DNA from: Parcubacteria group bacterium M10-OD1-1
GTDB lineage: Bacteria > Patescibacteriota > Minisyncoccia > Moranbacterales > UBA2206
Length of the DNA stretch: 64,000 bases
Reading direction: 5' to 3'
Assembly: GCA_003056145.1 (NCBI GenBank)
Contig: LSNL01000006.1
Coordinates: 6,119 to 70,118 of the forward strand
The notes beneath the pieces were generated by a model. The model was given only the letters and a program-made list of their open reading frames with translations. It was not told where the DNA came from and did no database searches. Below are positions 55,274 to 64,000 of this stretch, one piece after another. The stretch's first letter is position 1; the number at the start of each line of letters is the position of its first letter. The position numbers and the translations under genes are program-made.

Positions 55274-57661
55274 CTAGAACCAACTAAATGGATTGTACCA
55301 ATGAGACTCACTCTGAGTCTTTTGAGGAGCTGAGGTTTTTTCTGATTGAGTAGGAGTTGGATTACTTTCAGTTGTCTGATTACCTTCTGTTTGAGTTTGA
55401 GTCTTAGCTGAATTAGCTTGATTGGATTGAGATTGAGTATTACTTTCTGCTGAAGAGGTAGTCTTAGCTGATGTCTTAGCTGATGTCTTAGCTGATGTCT
55501 TAGCTGATGTCTTAGCTGATGATTGAATTGCTAAACCAACCTTGAGATTGCCAGTTTTGATAGTGTAGTTACCCGCTCTATCATAAGCTTTAACTTTTAT
55601 AGGATATACTCCAGCTGTAAGATTGCCGGGAAGAGTAAATTCAGGAGTATGATTATTGAAAATCCTTCCTTGAAAATAAATTTTATATTTTTTTATCTTG
55701 TCGTTATCAGTAGCTAAAAACTTGATAGTTTGTCCTTTGTGATAGCTAATCGTAGTTGAAGGGAATTGGGAGAAAATTGGTTTGAGAGTATCTGTTCTGA
55801 CAATAATAGGTTTTGACAATCCTGAAGAATTACCTGCTTGATCATAAACTCTTATGTAATAAGTGTCTTTGCTAGATCTATTTTTTGGAAGTTTTATCTT
55901 CCAACTTCCATCTCTATCTATATCTACTGTTCCTATGCGATGTTTATTACCTTTTTTGTTTTTTCTATATAACACAACGGTTCCCTTCTCTGCTTCTGAG
56001 TTTGTTCCTCTGAGAGTGGGTTTTCTCTTCTTTGAGAAAATAATGGAATGTTTCTTCTTGTTTAAGCTAGTACCGTTGTGACTTGATAATTTAATGCTAC
56101 TTCTTTTACTACTAGGAGCTGTCTTGTCATAAAGAATATTTAAAGTTGTGCTATCACTCTCATAATCAATATAGTCTCGGAATTTAACATAGAGCTTTTT
56201 ATTCCCTTCAGAGTTAAAAGTATATACTTTAGTTTTTTGATATGGTTCCCAAGTGGCTCCAGAGAAATCAGAGTTTTCACTAATCATCATATCTTTAGCG
56301 TCTGTAGCAGTAAAGTTAAGAGTCACTTGGTTATCTGTTGTAACAGAAGGATAGTTGATGGAAATGTTTTTTGGACCGAGATGAAAGATAAGAACACGGT
56401 TATTAGTATTAGTATCAGAAACAAAAAGCTTGTTATTAATCGCGAAAAGCATTGAAACATTACTTGTTTTTTTAGCTGATAATCCAACTGAGTTAGTTGT
56501 TAAATCAGGTTGTCCTAAGACATAATCAGCGGAAATATCATTGGTAGTAGGAATGTGAGAAAAAATAGTTACTCTAGAATTACTCCATTCACCGATAAAT
56601 ATTTTTCCTTGTTGTTCAATAACGCTTTGAGGATATTCCTCGGTTTTTGCCGTTGGACCAGTTAATCCTTGATTCGGTGAACCACTTACCATATCTGGTT
56701 GACCGATAACCGTATCAGCGGAAGCATCATTAGTAGTAGGAATATGATTATAGATAAGAGTTCTTGAATTTCCATTATCAGCAATGTATAATTTTCCATC
56801 ATTATTAATATAAAGACCGCTAGGATCACTTAAAGTTTTAGCACTAACAGTTCCTCCTTGATTAGCAGAGTTGCTAATCATATCCGGCTGTCCAATCACT
56901 ACATCAGCGGAAGCATCATTGGTGGTAGGAATGTGATTATAGATAAGAACACGATTATTGCCCCGGTCAAGAATAAACATTTTACCTTGATATACAAAAA
57001 CATCGTGAGGATAATCTATCGTATTAGCGTTGGCTGTTGCTTCTCCTTGATTAGTAGAGTTGCTAATCATATCCGGCTGTCCAATCACTACATCAGCGGA
57101 AGCATCATTGGTAGTAGGAATGTGATTATAGATAAGCACTCTATTATTACCTCCACGGGATGGTCCACCTTCCCCATCGCAAATAAATAGTTTTCCTTGA
57201 TAAACAAAAATCCCAGTTGGACCAAAAAGAGTATTCGCTCCCACACTTCCACCTTGATCGGCATCTCCACTCGTAAAATCTTTCTGTCCAATAACTACAT
57301 CAGCGGAAGCATCATTAGTAGTAGGAATGTGATTATAGATAAGCACTCTATTGCTTCTTTCTTCTGCTATAATTAATTTCGTTCCATCGCTCCAAATTCC
57401 TTTAGGAAAATCTATTGTATTCGCTCCAACACTCCCTCCTTGGTTTGCATCGCCACTTGTGAAATTTGGCTGACCAATTACTACATCCGCATTCTTATCA
57501 ATTCCAATAGCTTGAGCCGAATTAGTATTAACAAAAGCTAGACCAACGATTAATAATGCTACTCCAGCAATACTTTTAATTCTTTGGTTTAGTTTTAATT
57601 TTGAATTTTGTTCTTCTAAATTGCTAGAATTCAATTTCATTTTTTGCAATACTTTTTTCAT
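55274..57661 (-). CDS. secreted NHL-repeat beta-propeller surface protein, paralogue (795 aa; 8-aa deletion TTAPTQSE in the C-terminal tail relative to copy 1)
   Basis: Protein identical to 48284-50695 apart from the tail indel. Confidence 0.7.
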   Translation of the reverse strand: MKKVLQKMKLNSSNLEEQNSKLKLNQRIKSIAGVALLIVGLAFVNTNSAQAIGIDKNADVVIGQPNFTSGDANQGGSVGANTIDFPKGIWSDGTKLIIAEERSNRVLIYNHIPTTNDASADVVIGQKDFTSGDADQGGSVGANTLFGPTGIFVYQGKLFICDGEGGPSRGGNNRVLIYNHIPTTNDASADVVIGQPDMISNSTNQGEATANANTIDYPHDVFVYQGKMFILDRGNNRVLIYNHIPTTNDASADVVIGQPDMISNSANQGGTVSAKTLSDPSGLYINNDGKLYIADNGNSRTLIYNHIPTTNDASADTVIGQPDMVSGSPNQGLTGPTAKTEEYPQSVIEQQGKIFIGEWSNSRVTIFSHIPTTNDISADYVLGQPDLTTNSVGLSAKKTSNVSMLFAINNKLFVSDTNTNNRVLIFHLGPKNISINYPSVTTDNQVTLNFTATDAKDMMISENSDFSGATWEPYQKTKVYTFNSEGNKKLYVKFRDYIDYESDSTTLNILYDKTAPSSKRSSIKLSSHNGTSLNKKKHSIIFSKKRKPTLRGTNSEAEKGTVVLYRKNKKGNKHRIGTVDIDRDGSWKIKLPKNRSSKDTYYIRVYDQAGNSSGLSKPIIVRTDTLKPIFSQFPSTTISYHKGQTIKFLATDNDKIKKYKIYFQGRIFNNHTPEFTLPGNLTAGVYPIKVKAYDRAGNYTIKTGNLKVGLAIQSSAKTSAKTSAKTSAKTSAKTTSSAESNTQSQSNQANSAKTQTQTEGNQTTESNPTPTQSEKTSAPQKTQSESHWYNPFSWF

Positions 57662-58082
57662 ACTTTTAGTTTTAGTTTTAAAAATTAATTATCAAAATAC
57701 CGAAGAAGGACAAATATCTTTAAAAATCTATCCCGACTACGAAGTTAATTACATACCCTTTGAAGAATTTTTCTTCAATTATTGATATAATTAATTTGAC
57801 AAAAAGTCATTTAATTCGCAGTTGATATTTTATTATCTTTATTCTATATATTTTTTAAATTTGAGTCAAATAAAAAATACTTTTAAATAATTACTTCTAT
57901 TTTACTCTGCCCCTTTAAGGTTGTCAAATTATTTTTCAGTCTTGTTTCAATATTTTATTTCTGTATTCCTTTTTCCATTCCTGCAAAGGCAAAAATCTAG
58001 TCACTAAGTCTTGTTTTAGCGTAAAAACTTCTAAATTAGTTTGTTTCTTCAATTATTTTAATCGCAAAATTTAAAAAATAAT

Positions 58083-58117
58083 AAAAAACCTTGCAAAATA
58101 GAATTTCGCAAGGTTTT
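58083..58117 (-). terminator. rho-independent terminator of ftsZ
   Basis: Minus-strand CCTTGCGAAATTCTATTTTGCAAGG followed by TTTTTTATT. Confidence 0.65.
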
Positions 58118-58144
58118 AAAAGTAGCTAAAACATTTAACTAAAT

Positions 58145-59371
58145 TTATTTTCCCATTTTTCTCCGAATAAAAGCTGGAATCTCTAACTCATCATCTTCAT
58201 CATTAAGTTCTTTTTCTTTTTGACTTTGAAAAGAACTTTTAGTTGCTTTAGGTGGAACTTTATCTTCAATGATCATACTAGACTCAAATTTTTCTGGAAA
58301 AGTTATTTTTGGTTCAGATTCTATTTCTTGATTTTGATTTTGATCTAATTCCTTTTTTTGAAAATTCTCAGTAGAAATTCTAGATATTTTTTCTAAAGGT
58401 GATTCACTGGCATGATCGCTATCAAATCCAGTTGCCACGACTGTAACTTGAATTTCTCCCTTTTTCACCGCTTCATCAACTACTGCTCCAAAAATAACCT
58501 TAGCATTAGGATCTATAGACTCTGTAATAATATTAGCTGCTTCATTTATTTCTAACATCGTTAAGTCAGTTGAACCACTAACATTAAATAAAACTCCTTT
58601 TGCTCCATCAATAGAAAGTTCTAATAATGGACTATTAATAGCAGCCTTAGCTGCATCAGCAGAACGATTTTCACCTGAGCCAATTCCAATCCCCATTAAA
58701 GCACTTCCGCTATCAGACATAATAGCTTTAACATCGGCAAAATCCACATTAACAATTCCTGGTTTAGTTATTAAATCAGAAATTCCTTGCACGCCTTGTC
58801 TTAAAACATCATCTACTATTTTGAAAGAGTTGATTAAGGTAGTTTTCTTATCAATAACTTGCAATAATCTATCATTAGGAATAGTGATTAAAGTATCCAC
58901 TCTTTCTTTTAGATTTTCTAAAGCTTCTTCGGCAATAGCTCTTCTTTGCGCTCCCTCAAAACCAAAAGGTTTAGTTACAACAGCCACAGTCAAAGCTCCT
59001 GACTCCTTAGCTGTTTCAGCAACAATCGGAGCAGCTCCAGAACCAGTTCCTCCACCAAGCCCACAAGTTACAAAAACCATATCAGCTCCTTTTAAAACTT
59101 CTTGAATTTCGTCACGATTTTCTTCAGCAGCTTGACGCCCAACATCTGGGTTCATTCCAGCACCTAAACCTTTAGTTAAATTTTTTCCAATATGAATTTT
59201 CTCCGCTGCTCTATTATGATGTAAATCTTGAGCATCTGTATTGATAGCCACAAATTCTACGCCCTTCAATTTTGCCTCAATCATCCGACTAATTACATTC
59301 CCTCCGGATCCGCCAACGCCAACTACTTTAATTCTAGCAAAAGTTTCTACTGGTGGTTTTATTTCAGCCAT
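58145..59371 (-). CDS. ftsZ: cell-division GTPase FtsZ
   Basis: GGGTGSG tubulin signature, T7 loop, C-terminal ...DDELEIPAFIRRK peptide. Confidence 0.95.
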   Translation of the reverse strand: MAEIKPPVETFARIKVVGVGGSGGNVISRMIEAKLKGVEFVAINTDAQDLHHNRAAEKIHIGKNLTKGLGAGMNPDVGRQAAEENRDEIQEVLKGADMVFVTCGLGGGTGSGAAPIVAETAKESGALTVAVVTKPFGFEGAQRRAIAEEALENLKERVDTLITIPNDRLLQVIDKKTTLINSFKIVDDVLRQGVQGISDLITKPGIVNVDFADVKAIMSDSGSALMGIGIGSGENRSADAAKAAINSPLLELSIDGAKGVLFNVSGSTDLTMLEINEAANIITESIDPNAKVIFGAVVDEAVKKGEIQVTVVATGFDSDHASESPLEKISRISTENFQKKELDQNQNQEIESEPKITFPEKFESSMIIEDKVPPKATKSSFQSQKEKELNDEDDELEIPAFIRRKMGK

Positions 59372-59597
59372 ATATTTTATAGATATTACGTTGACCCTAA
59401 AAATAAATTCTGATCAACTAAAAATTTTATTTAAACTTAATTACTTTTCAGCCCTTAATTTAACATTTTACTCATTTCTGTTAGTATCTAAATCTACCAT
59501 ATCATTTGGTTATATGTCAAATCAAACTTAAATAGTTATTTTTGTTTTAAATTTATTTTTGTTTTAAATAATTACTGATAAATTAACTTTTTTAAAA

Positions 59598-60848
59598 TTA
59601 AGGCAAAAATTTTCCTAACCATTTTTTAATCTTATTGGTCACTTTTTCTAAATTCAAACCTATAAAGTCACTCCTAGTTTTATTTTTAATTCCAGCACTA
59701 GCATTTTCAATCCCCCAGATTAAAAGACCAATCGCCGTCGCAAAAGAAGGTTCATCTACTTTATCAACTAATCCACCTAGGGTAACCGGAAAACCAGTTT
59801 GAGCCGGCAATCCAAAAATATTTTTTGCTAAATCTACTGCTCCTGGTAATTTAGCTGTTCCTCCAGTTAAAACTACTCCTGCAGGAAGCAATCCGTCTCT
59901 TTTAATAGCTTTCAATTCTTTATTAACTAAAGTAAAAATTTCTTCCAACCGAGCTTCAATTATTTCCGCTACATGGTACCGAGAAACTGTTCCTTCTTCA
60001 TTGCTATCAATTTCAGCTAAATTAATATCTTCTTTTTTACTAATTTCTTTTGGCATCGCATTACCAAATTCTAATTTCACCTTCTCAGCTACATCAATAG
60101 ATGTTCTTAATCCAATCGCGATATCATTAGTAATATGACTACCTCCTACTGGCACTACCGAAGTTAATAACAAATCATTTTCTTCAAAAGCTGAAATAGA
60201 AGTTGTCCCGCCACCAATATCTACTAAAACTACTCCTAATTCTTTTTGTCTTTTAGTCAAAATAGAACGAGCAGAAGCTAAAGAAGTTAAAACAAAATTT
60301 TCAATCCCAATTCTTAATTGATCAAAACACTTAGTTAAATTTTTAATATGTGGCGTTGAACCCTCAATAATCAAAGCTTCTACTTCTAAACGAATTCCGT
60401 TCATTCCTAGAGGATCCTTAATATTTGTCTGCTCATCTAAGGAATAACTTTTTGAAATAATATGAATTATTTCTTTATTAGAAGGTACTGATATGGCTTG
60501 AGCAGCAGAAATAACTCTTTCAATATCTTCTTCAATAACTTCTCCGTCAGCCCTGCCAATCGCAATTACTCCCTTAGAATTTTGAGAAGAAATATGATTA
60601 CCTCCGATACTAACCACCGCTTGATCAATTGTTACTCCAGCTATCCGTTCCGCTTCTTCTAGCGATTCGCTAATCGCCTTAGTAGTTTCTTCAATATCTA
60701 CAATAATTCCTCTCCTCACACCAAAAGACGGAGCAACGCCCACTCCAATAATTCTTGGTTTTTCTTCTGTTGGAATTATTTGTGCAATAATTGTTCTTAT
60801 GCTAGATGAACCAACATCTATACCACAAACAATATCTTTCTTTGACAT
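59598..60848 (-). CDS. ftsA: cell-division protein FtsA
   Basis: Actin-fold motifs (GIDVGSSSIRTII, DIGGGTT); located upstream of ftsZ. Confidence 0.9.
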   Translation of the reverse strand: MSKKDIVCGIDVGSSSIRTIIAQIIPTEEKPRIIGVGVAPSFGVRRGIIVDIEETTKAISESLEEAERIAGVTIDQAVVSIGGNHISSQNSKGVIAIGRADGEVIEEDIERVISAAQAISVPSNKEIIHIISKSYSLDEQTNIKDPLGMNGIRLEVEALIIEGSTPHIKNLTKCFDQLRIGIENFVLTSLASARSILTKRQKELGVVLVDIGGGTTSISAFEENDLLLTSVVPVGGSHITNDIAIGLRTSIDVAEKVKLEFGNAMPKEISKKEDINLAEIDSNEEGTVSRYHVAEIIEARLEEIFTLVNKELKAIKRDGLLPAGVVLTGGTAKLPGAVDLAKNIFGLPAQTGFPVTLGGLVDKVDEPSFATAIGLLIWGIENASAGIKNKTRSDFIGLNLEKVTNKIKKWLGKFLP

Positions 60849-60937
60849 CTAGTAATTTATTTTAATTTTTTATTTTGACTTATTAAAGTATATTATAAAA
60901 ACCGATAAGTAACAACTACCTACTAATTAACTCATTT

Positions 60938-61297
60938 TTATTTAAAAATATACGGAATAAATACGATGCATCCAATCACAATAGCTAAAATAGAAACCAA
61001 CAGAACACTAGCGGCCATTAAATCTTTAGCTAAGCGAGCATAAGGGTGAACTTTCGGTTTTAAAATATCAACTAATCTTTCTAAAACAGTATTTAAAATT
61101 TCCATTATTAATACTCCTCCAATTGTAATAATTAAAACGATAATTTCAAACTGATTAATTTTAAAATAAACAGCCATTAAAACCACTAGGAAGCCTACTG
61201 CTAATTCATTTTGAAAGTTCTTTTCTGATCGTACAATGTATCTTAATCCTCTTAAAGCAAAAGAAAAACTTTTGGAAAACTTTCTAATTCTACTCAT
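60938..61297 (-). CDS. dgkA: diacylglycerol/undecaprenol kinase (DgkA family)
   Basis: 119 aa, three TM helices, SFSFALRGLRY...E N-terminal amphipathic motif typical of prokaryotic DAGK. Confidence 0.7.
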   Translation of the reverse strand: MSRIRKFSKSFSFALRGLRYIVRSEKNFQNELAVGFLVVLMAVYFKINQFEIIVLIITIGGVLIMEILNTVLERLVDILKPKVHPYARLAKDLMAASVLLVSILAIVIGCIVFIPYIFK

Positions 61298-61331
61298 AAA
61301 TTTATTTTCTAGTTTATCAATTTATTTTAAT

Positions 61332-61823
61332 TTAATTAGCCAAAAATAATTTTTCTTTTTTTTCATGGCTATAATTTTTAGCTATCTTTTCTTGAATTTT
61401 AAACATCTCTTTGCTATGTTGATAGCCTAAAAGATGAAGCAATCCGTGAGCGGTTACTTTAGCTAATTCTTCCGCTAAATCAATTTTATTTTTTTGAGAA
61501 TATTCTTTAATATCATTATAACACAAAATTATTTCTCCTAAAAAAATACTTTGAGAAGTAACTTGCAAAGTAGCTTGAGCAAGAGCTTCTCTATTCTTAT
61601 ATTCCGCGAAAGAAAGAACATCTGTTATGCTATCAGTTTTACGATAATTCTTGTTCAACTTTTTAATTTCCTCAGGAGTTACAATAGCTAAACTTAAAGA
61701 AATCTCTTTCTCCTTAAGAGATTTATTTTCCACTGTTTCCAAAGTTGCTTGAAGACATTGGATAAAAAATTCAGATTTTAGCTTAGCCTGAGTTTGATTA
61801 TTAACTTCTATTAAAAAATTCAT
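61332..61823 (-). CDS. ybeY: rRNA maturation endoribonuclease YbeY
   Basis: Zn-binding H-x-x-x-H-x-x-x-x-x-H as HGLLHLLGYQH. Confidence 0.85.
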   Translation of the reverse strand: MNFLIEVNNQTQAKLKSEFFIQCLQATLETVENKSLKEKEISLSLAIVTPEEIKKLNKNYRKTDSITDVLSFAEYKNREALAQATLQVTSQSIFLGEIILCYNDIKEYSQKNKIDLAEELAKVTAHGLLHLLGYQHSKEMFKIQEKIAKNYSHEKKEKLFLAN

Positions 61824-61991
61824 TCTAATTAATTAGTTAGTTCAAAAAATTATACTATTTGGATTTCTATCTTTTTATTATGACTTTTTTTTCTGTTTCT
61901 AGCAAATTATTTTTCTTAAAAAAATTCTTAAAAAAGCGAAATTTAAAAAATTTCGCTTTTTTATTTTTAGCCACTGTGAAAGTTTAAAAAT

Positions 61992-62444
61992 CTACTTTAA
62001 TTCTTCTTCTACGATTTCCTTAACAATTTGACCTTCGGTTTGTCCTTTTAATTTACTAAGTGTCGCTCCAATTACTTTGCCTCTATCGTTAACCGAGGTA
62101 GCTTTCATTTCAATAATAGTTTCTTGAACTTTAGCCCTTACTATTTCTTCGCTTAATTGCTCTGGTAAGTAAGTAGTCAGAATAGAAATTTCTTCTTTTT
62201 CTTTTTCTGCTAAATCACTTCTTCCTCCATCTTCAAATTGTTGCATACTATCTTTCCGTTGTTTAATCGCTCGTGAAACCAAAGTTTGAATTTCTTCATC
62301 AGTTAGACCTTCTTCTCTCTTTTTCTTTTCAATTTCTGTATTTTTAACCATTGAATCTAGCATTCTTAAAACATCTCGTTTTTGAGTATCTCCTGCTTTC
62401 ATAGCTAATTTTAAATCTTCAACTATTTTTTGTTTAAGTAACAT
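61992..62444 (-). CDS. GatB/YqeY-domain protein
   Basis: MLLKQKIVEDLKLAMKAGD..RDVLRML...KN.EIEK pattern of the YqeY family. Confidence 0.7.
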   Translation of the reverse strand: MLLKQKIVEDLKLAMKAGDTQKRDVLRMLDSMVKNTEIEKKKREEGLTDEEIQTLVSRAIKQRKDSMQQFEDGGRSDLAEKEKEEISILTTYLPEQLSEEIVRAKVQETIIEMKATSVNDRGKVIGATLSKLKGQTEGQIVKEIVEEELK

Positions 62445-62506
62445 AAACTAATGATAAATCTATCTAAAATAAGCTAGCTAATCTTATTTTATAAATAATT
62501 TATTTT

Positions 62507-62761
62507 TTATTTTATTAACTTCTTTTTAACATTTCTAAAATTTTCGTCATCAAATTTTCCCATTTTCTTTAATTTATTGACAATTTTTTTAACTTTCTGA
62601 TTATACATAGCTCCTTCTCTCATTTGTCTTTTAGTTTTTGATGCTATTCTAAATCTTGATTTTCGGGCCTGTACCAAAACACCGCTTTGTTGTACTCGGC
62701 GACTAAATCTTCTAATCAAACTCTCAGATGATTCACGGTCTTTTCTTTTTATTTCTATCAT
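62507..62761 (-). CDS. rpsU: 30S ribosomal protein S21
   Basis: M.EIKRKD.ES.ESLIRRFSRRVQQSG.L...R...F...SK.KR. Confidence 0.8.
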   Translation of the reverse strand: MIEIKRKDRESSESLIRRFSRRVQQSGVLVQARKSRFRIASKTKRQMREGAMYNQKVKKIVNKLKKMGKFDDENFRNVKKKLIK

Positions 62762-62816
62762 ATGGAAACCTCCTTTCTAAATTAAATACTCTTTTTTCCT
62801 CTTACAACTAATTAAA

Positions 62817-63164
62817 TTATTTTATTGGGTGAATATCTTCCGTCAATTCTGCTCCTCCGATTAAATGTAAATGGATATGCGGAACTTCTTGTCCTCCCCA
62901 CTTTCCTACCCGAAACAATAGTTTATACCCTTTTTCTGATATGTCAAAACTTCCCGCGATTTTTTTAGCTCTTAAAATCATTTTTCCCATTAATTCAGTG
63001 TCTTTTTCTTCTAAATCATCAATACTAACAATATGTTTTTTAGGGATTATTAAAATATGAATTGGAGCTATTGGATGGGCATCTTCAAAGGCTAAAAGTA
63101 AATCATCTTCATAGATAATCGCAGCAGCTATTTCTTTCTTAATGATTTTACAAAAAATACACAT
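62817..63164 (-). CDS. HIT-family (histidine triad) nucleotide hydrolase
   Basis: MCIFCKII...; H-x-H-x-H-x-x motif as HIHLHLIGG. Confidence 0.8.
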   Translation of the reverse strand: MCIFCKIIKKEIAAAIIYEDDLLLAFEDAHPIAPIHILIIPKKHIVSIDDLEEKDTELMGKMILRAKKIAGSFDISEKGYKLLFRVGKWGGQEVPHIHLHLIGGAELTEDIHPIK

Positions 63165-63169
63165 ATCTA

Positions 63170-64000
63170 TTATTTATTATGATGATAAACCACCACATTA
63201 TCAGTTTTTAATTTCTTTTTTATGATGCTAACTAGTTTATTCATACTAACAGTTTCTTGAACTCCAGTCGCCATATTTTTAACTATTACAGTTTCATCCA
63301 AAGACTCTTTTTGTCCTAAAATTAAAGTAAAGCTAACTTTTAATTTATTGGCTACTTTAAGTTGGGATTTTAAACTCCCTCGTCCAAAACTTTCAGCGAT
63401 TAAAATTCCATTTTTTCCTAACTCAGCAAACAACTTTAAACTTTTTTTCTTAGCTAAGTTACCTAATTGTGCCAAGAAAACTTTCGGTCTTGGTGGTGAA
63501 TAAGATTTAGCTTGTACTCTTTTCATCTCTTCAACAATTCTCTCCATTCCGATAGCAAAACCAATAGCTGGCATTTCATGCCCTCCCATAGATTCAATCA
63601 ATTTATCGTAGCGTCCTCCTCCGCCCAAAGAAAGTTTTTTACCTTCTTCTGAACCAGACCAAATTTCAAAAACAGTTTTAGTATAATAGTCTAGACCTCT
63701 CACTAATTGAGGGTTAATAATGTAAGATAAATCTAACTCATCTAGATATTCCAATAAAGTTTTAAAATGAGTGTGGCAATCTTCACATAAATGACTAATA
63801 GATTGTGGAGCTGAAGCTGATACTTGAGCACATTTATCCTCTTTACAATCTAAAACTCTTAGCGGATTAGTTTTTAGTCTTCGTTTGCAATCTTGACACA
63901 GTTTACTTTTCTTAGATTCTAAATAATTAATCAACAACTCTCTATAATCTTTTCGGCAAGTCGGACATCCAATAGAATTAACTTGAATTTGAATAGATTT
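63170..64000 (-). CDS. hisS: histidine--tRNA ligase, C-terminal ~275 aa (5' end lies beyond the window edge)
   Basis: Class II motif 3 region GGGRYD and C-terminal anticodon-binding domain. The reading frame stays open to coordinate 64000. Confidence 0.8.
   Translation of the reverse strand, partial: KSIQIQVNSIGCPTCRKDYRELLINYLESKKSKLCQDCKRRLKTNPLRVLDCKEDKCAQVSASAPQSISHLCEDCHTHFKTLLEYLDELDLSYIINPQLVRGLDYYTKTVFEIWSGSEEGKKLSLGGGGRYDKLIESMGGHEMPAIGFAIGMERIVEEMKRVQAKSYSPPRPKVFLAQLGNLAKKKSLKLFAELGKNGILIAESFGRGSLKSQLKVANKLKVSFTLILGQKESLDETVIVKNMATGVQETVSMNKLVSIIKKKLKTDNVVVYHHNK

Larger units (their letters stand above)
55111..58213. repeat. copy 2 of the ~3.1-kb direct repeat (contiguous with the intact ftsZ)
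   Basis: See copy 1. Here the right end is the genuine 3' end of ftsZ. Confidence 0.9.

Overview
This is a low-GC (~30%) compact bacterial segment, consistent with a reduced-genome CPR/Patescibacteria-like lineage. It reads with the standard genetic code (long intact ORFs, TAA/TGA stops). Most of the window is minus-strand housekeeping: a minimal dcw cluster (mraZ-rsmH-ftsL-ftsI-murF), typA, dnaX, tRNA-Gln, rplJ/rplL, rpsP, smc, rnc, nusB, rpmF, comEC, the anaerobic RNR module nrdR-nrdD-nrdG, uvrA, ftsA-ftsZ, ybeY, rpsU and hisS (cut by the window edge). Accessory content comes in four places. (1) 1-3.6 kb holds a tyrosine recombinase next to a Bro-N/DinD-like gene, an unknown gene, and a small SRPBCC gene bracketed by a perfect 18-bp inverted repeat. 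(2) 24-30 kb is a mannoside-utilisation locus: two double-module GH130 proteins, a PMI-type cupin and an MFS transporter. (3) NrdD lacks its C-terminal glycyl-radical domain, which is encoded instead as a stand-alone 92-aa Zn-ribbon/Gly-radical mini-protein. (4) Two near-identical ~3.1-kb direct repeats (48121-51247 and 55111-58213) each carry an ~800-aa secreted NHL-repeat protein. They bracket a 3.9-kb insert containing three co-framed ORFs of a split PPDK/PEP-utilising phosphotransferase; copy 1 retains a 69-nt ftsZ 3' fragment. Other features: a lysine-rich histone-H1-like gene built from 39-nt tandem repeats, a hingeless short SMC, and a DUF134-like HTH mini-ORF without an ATG start. No CRISPR array, rRNA or transposase gene is evident.
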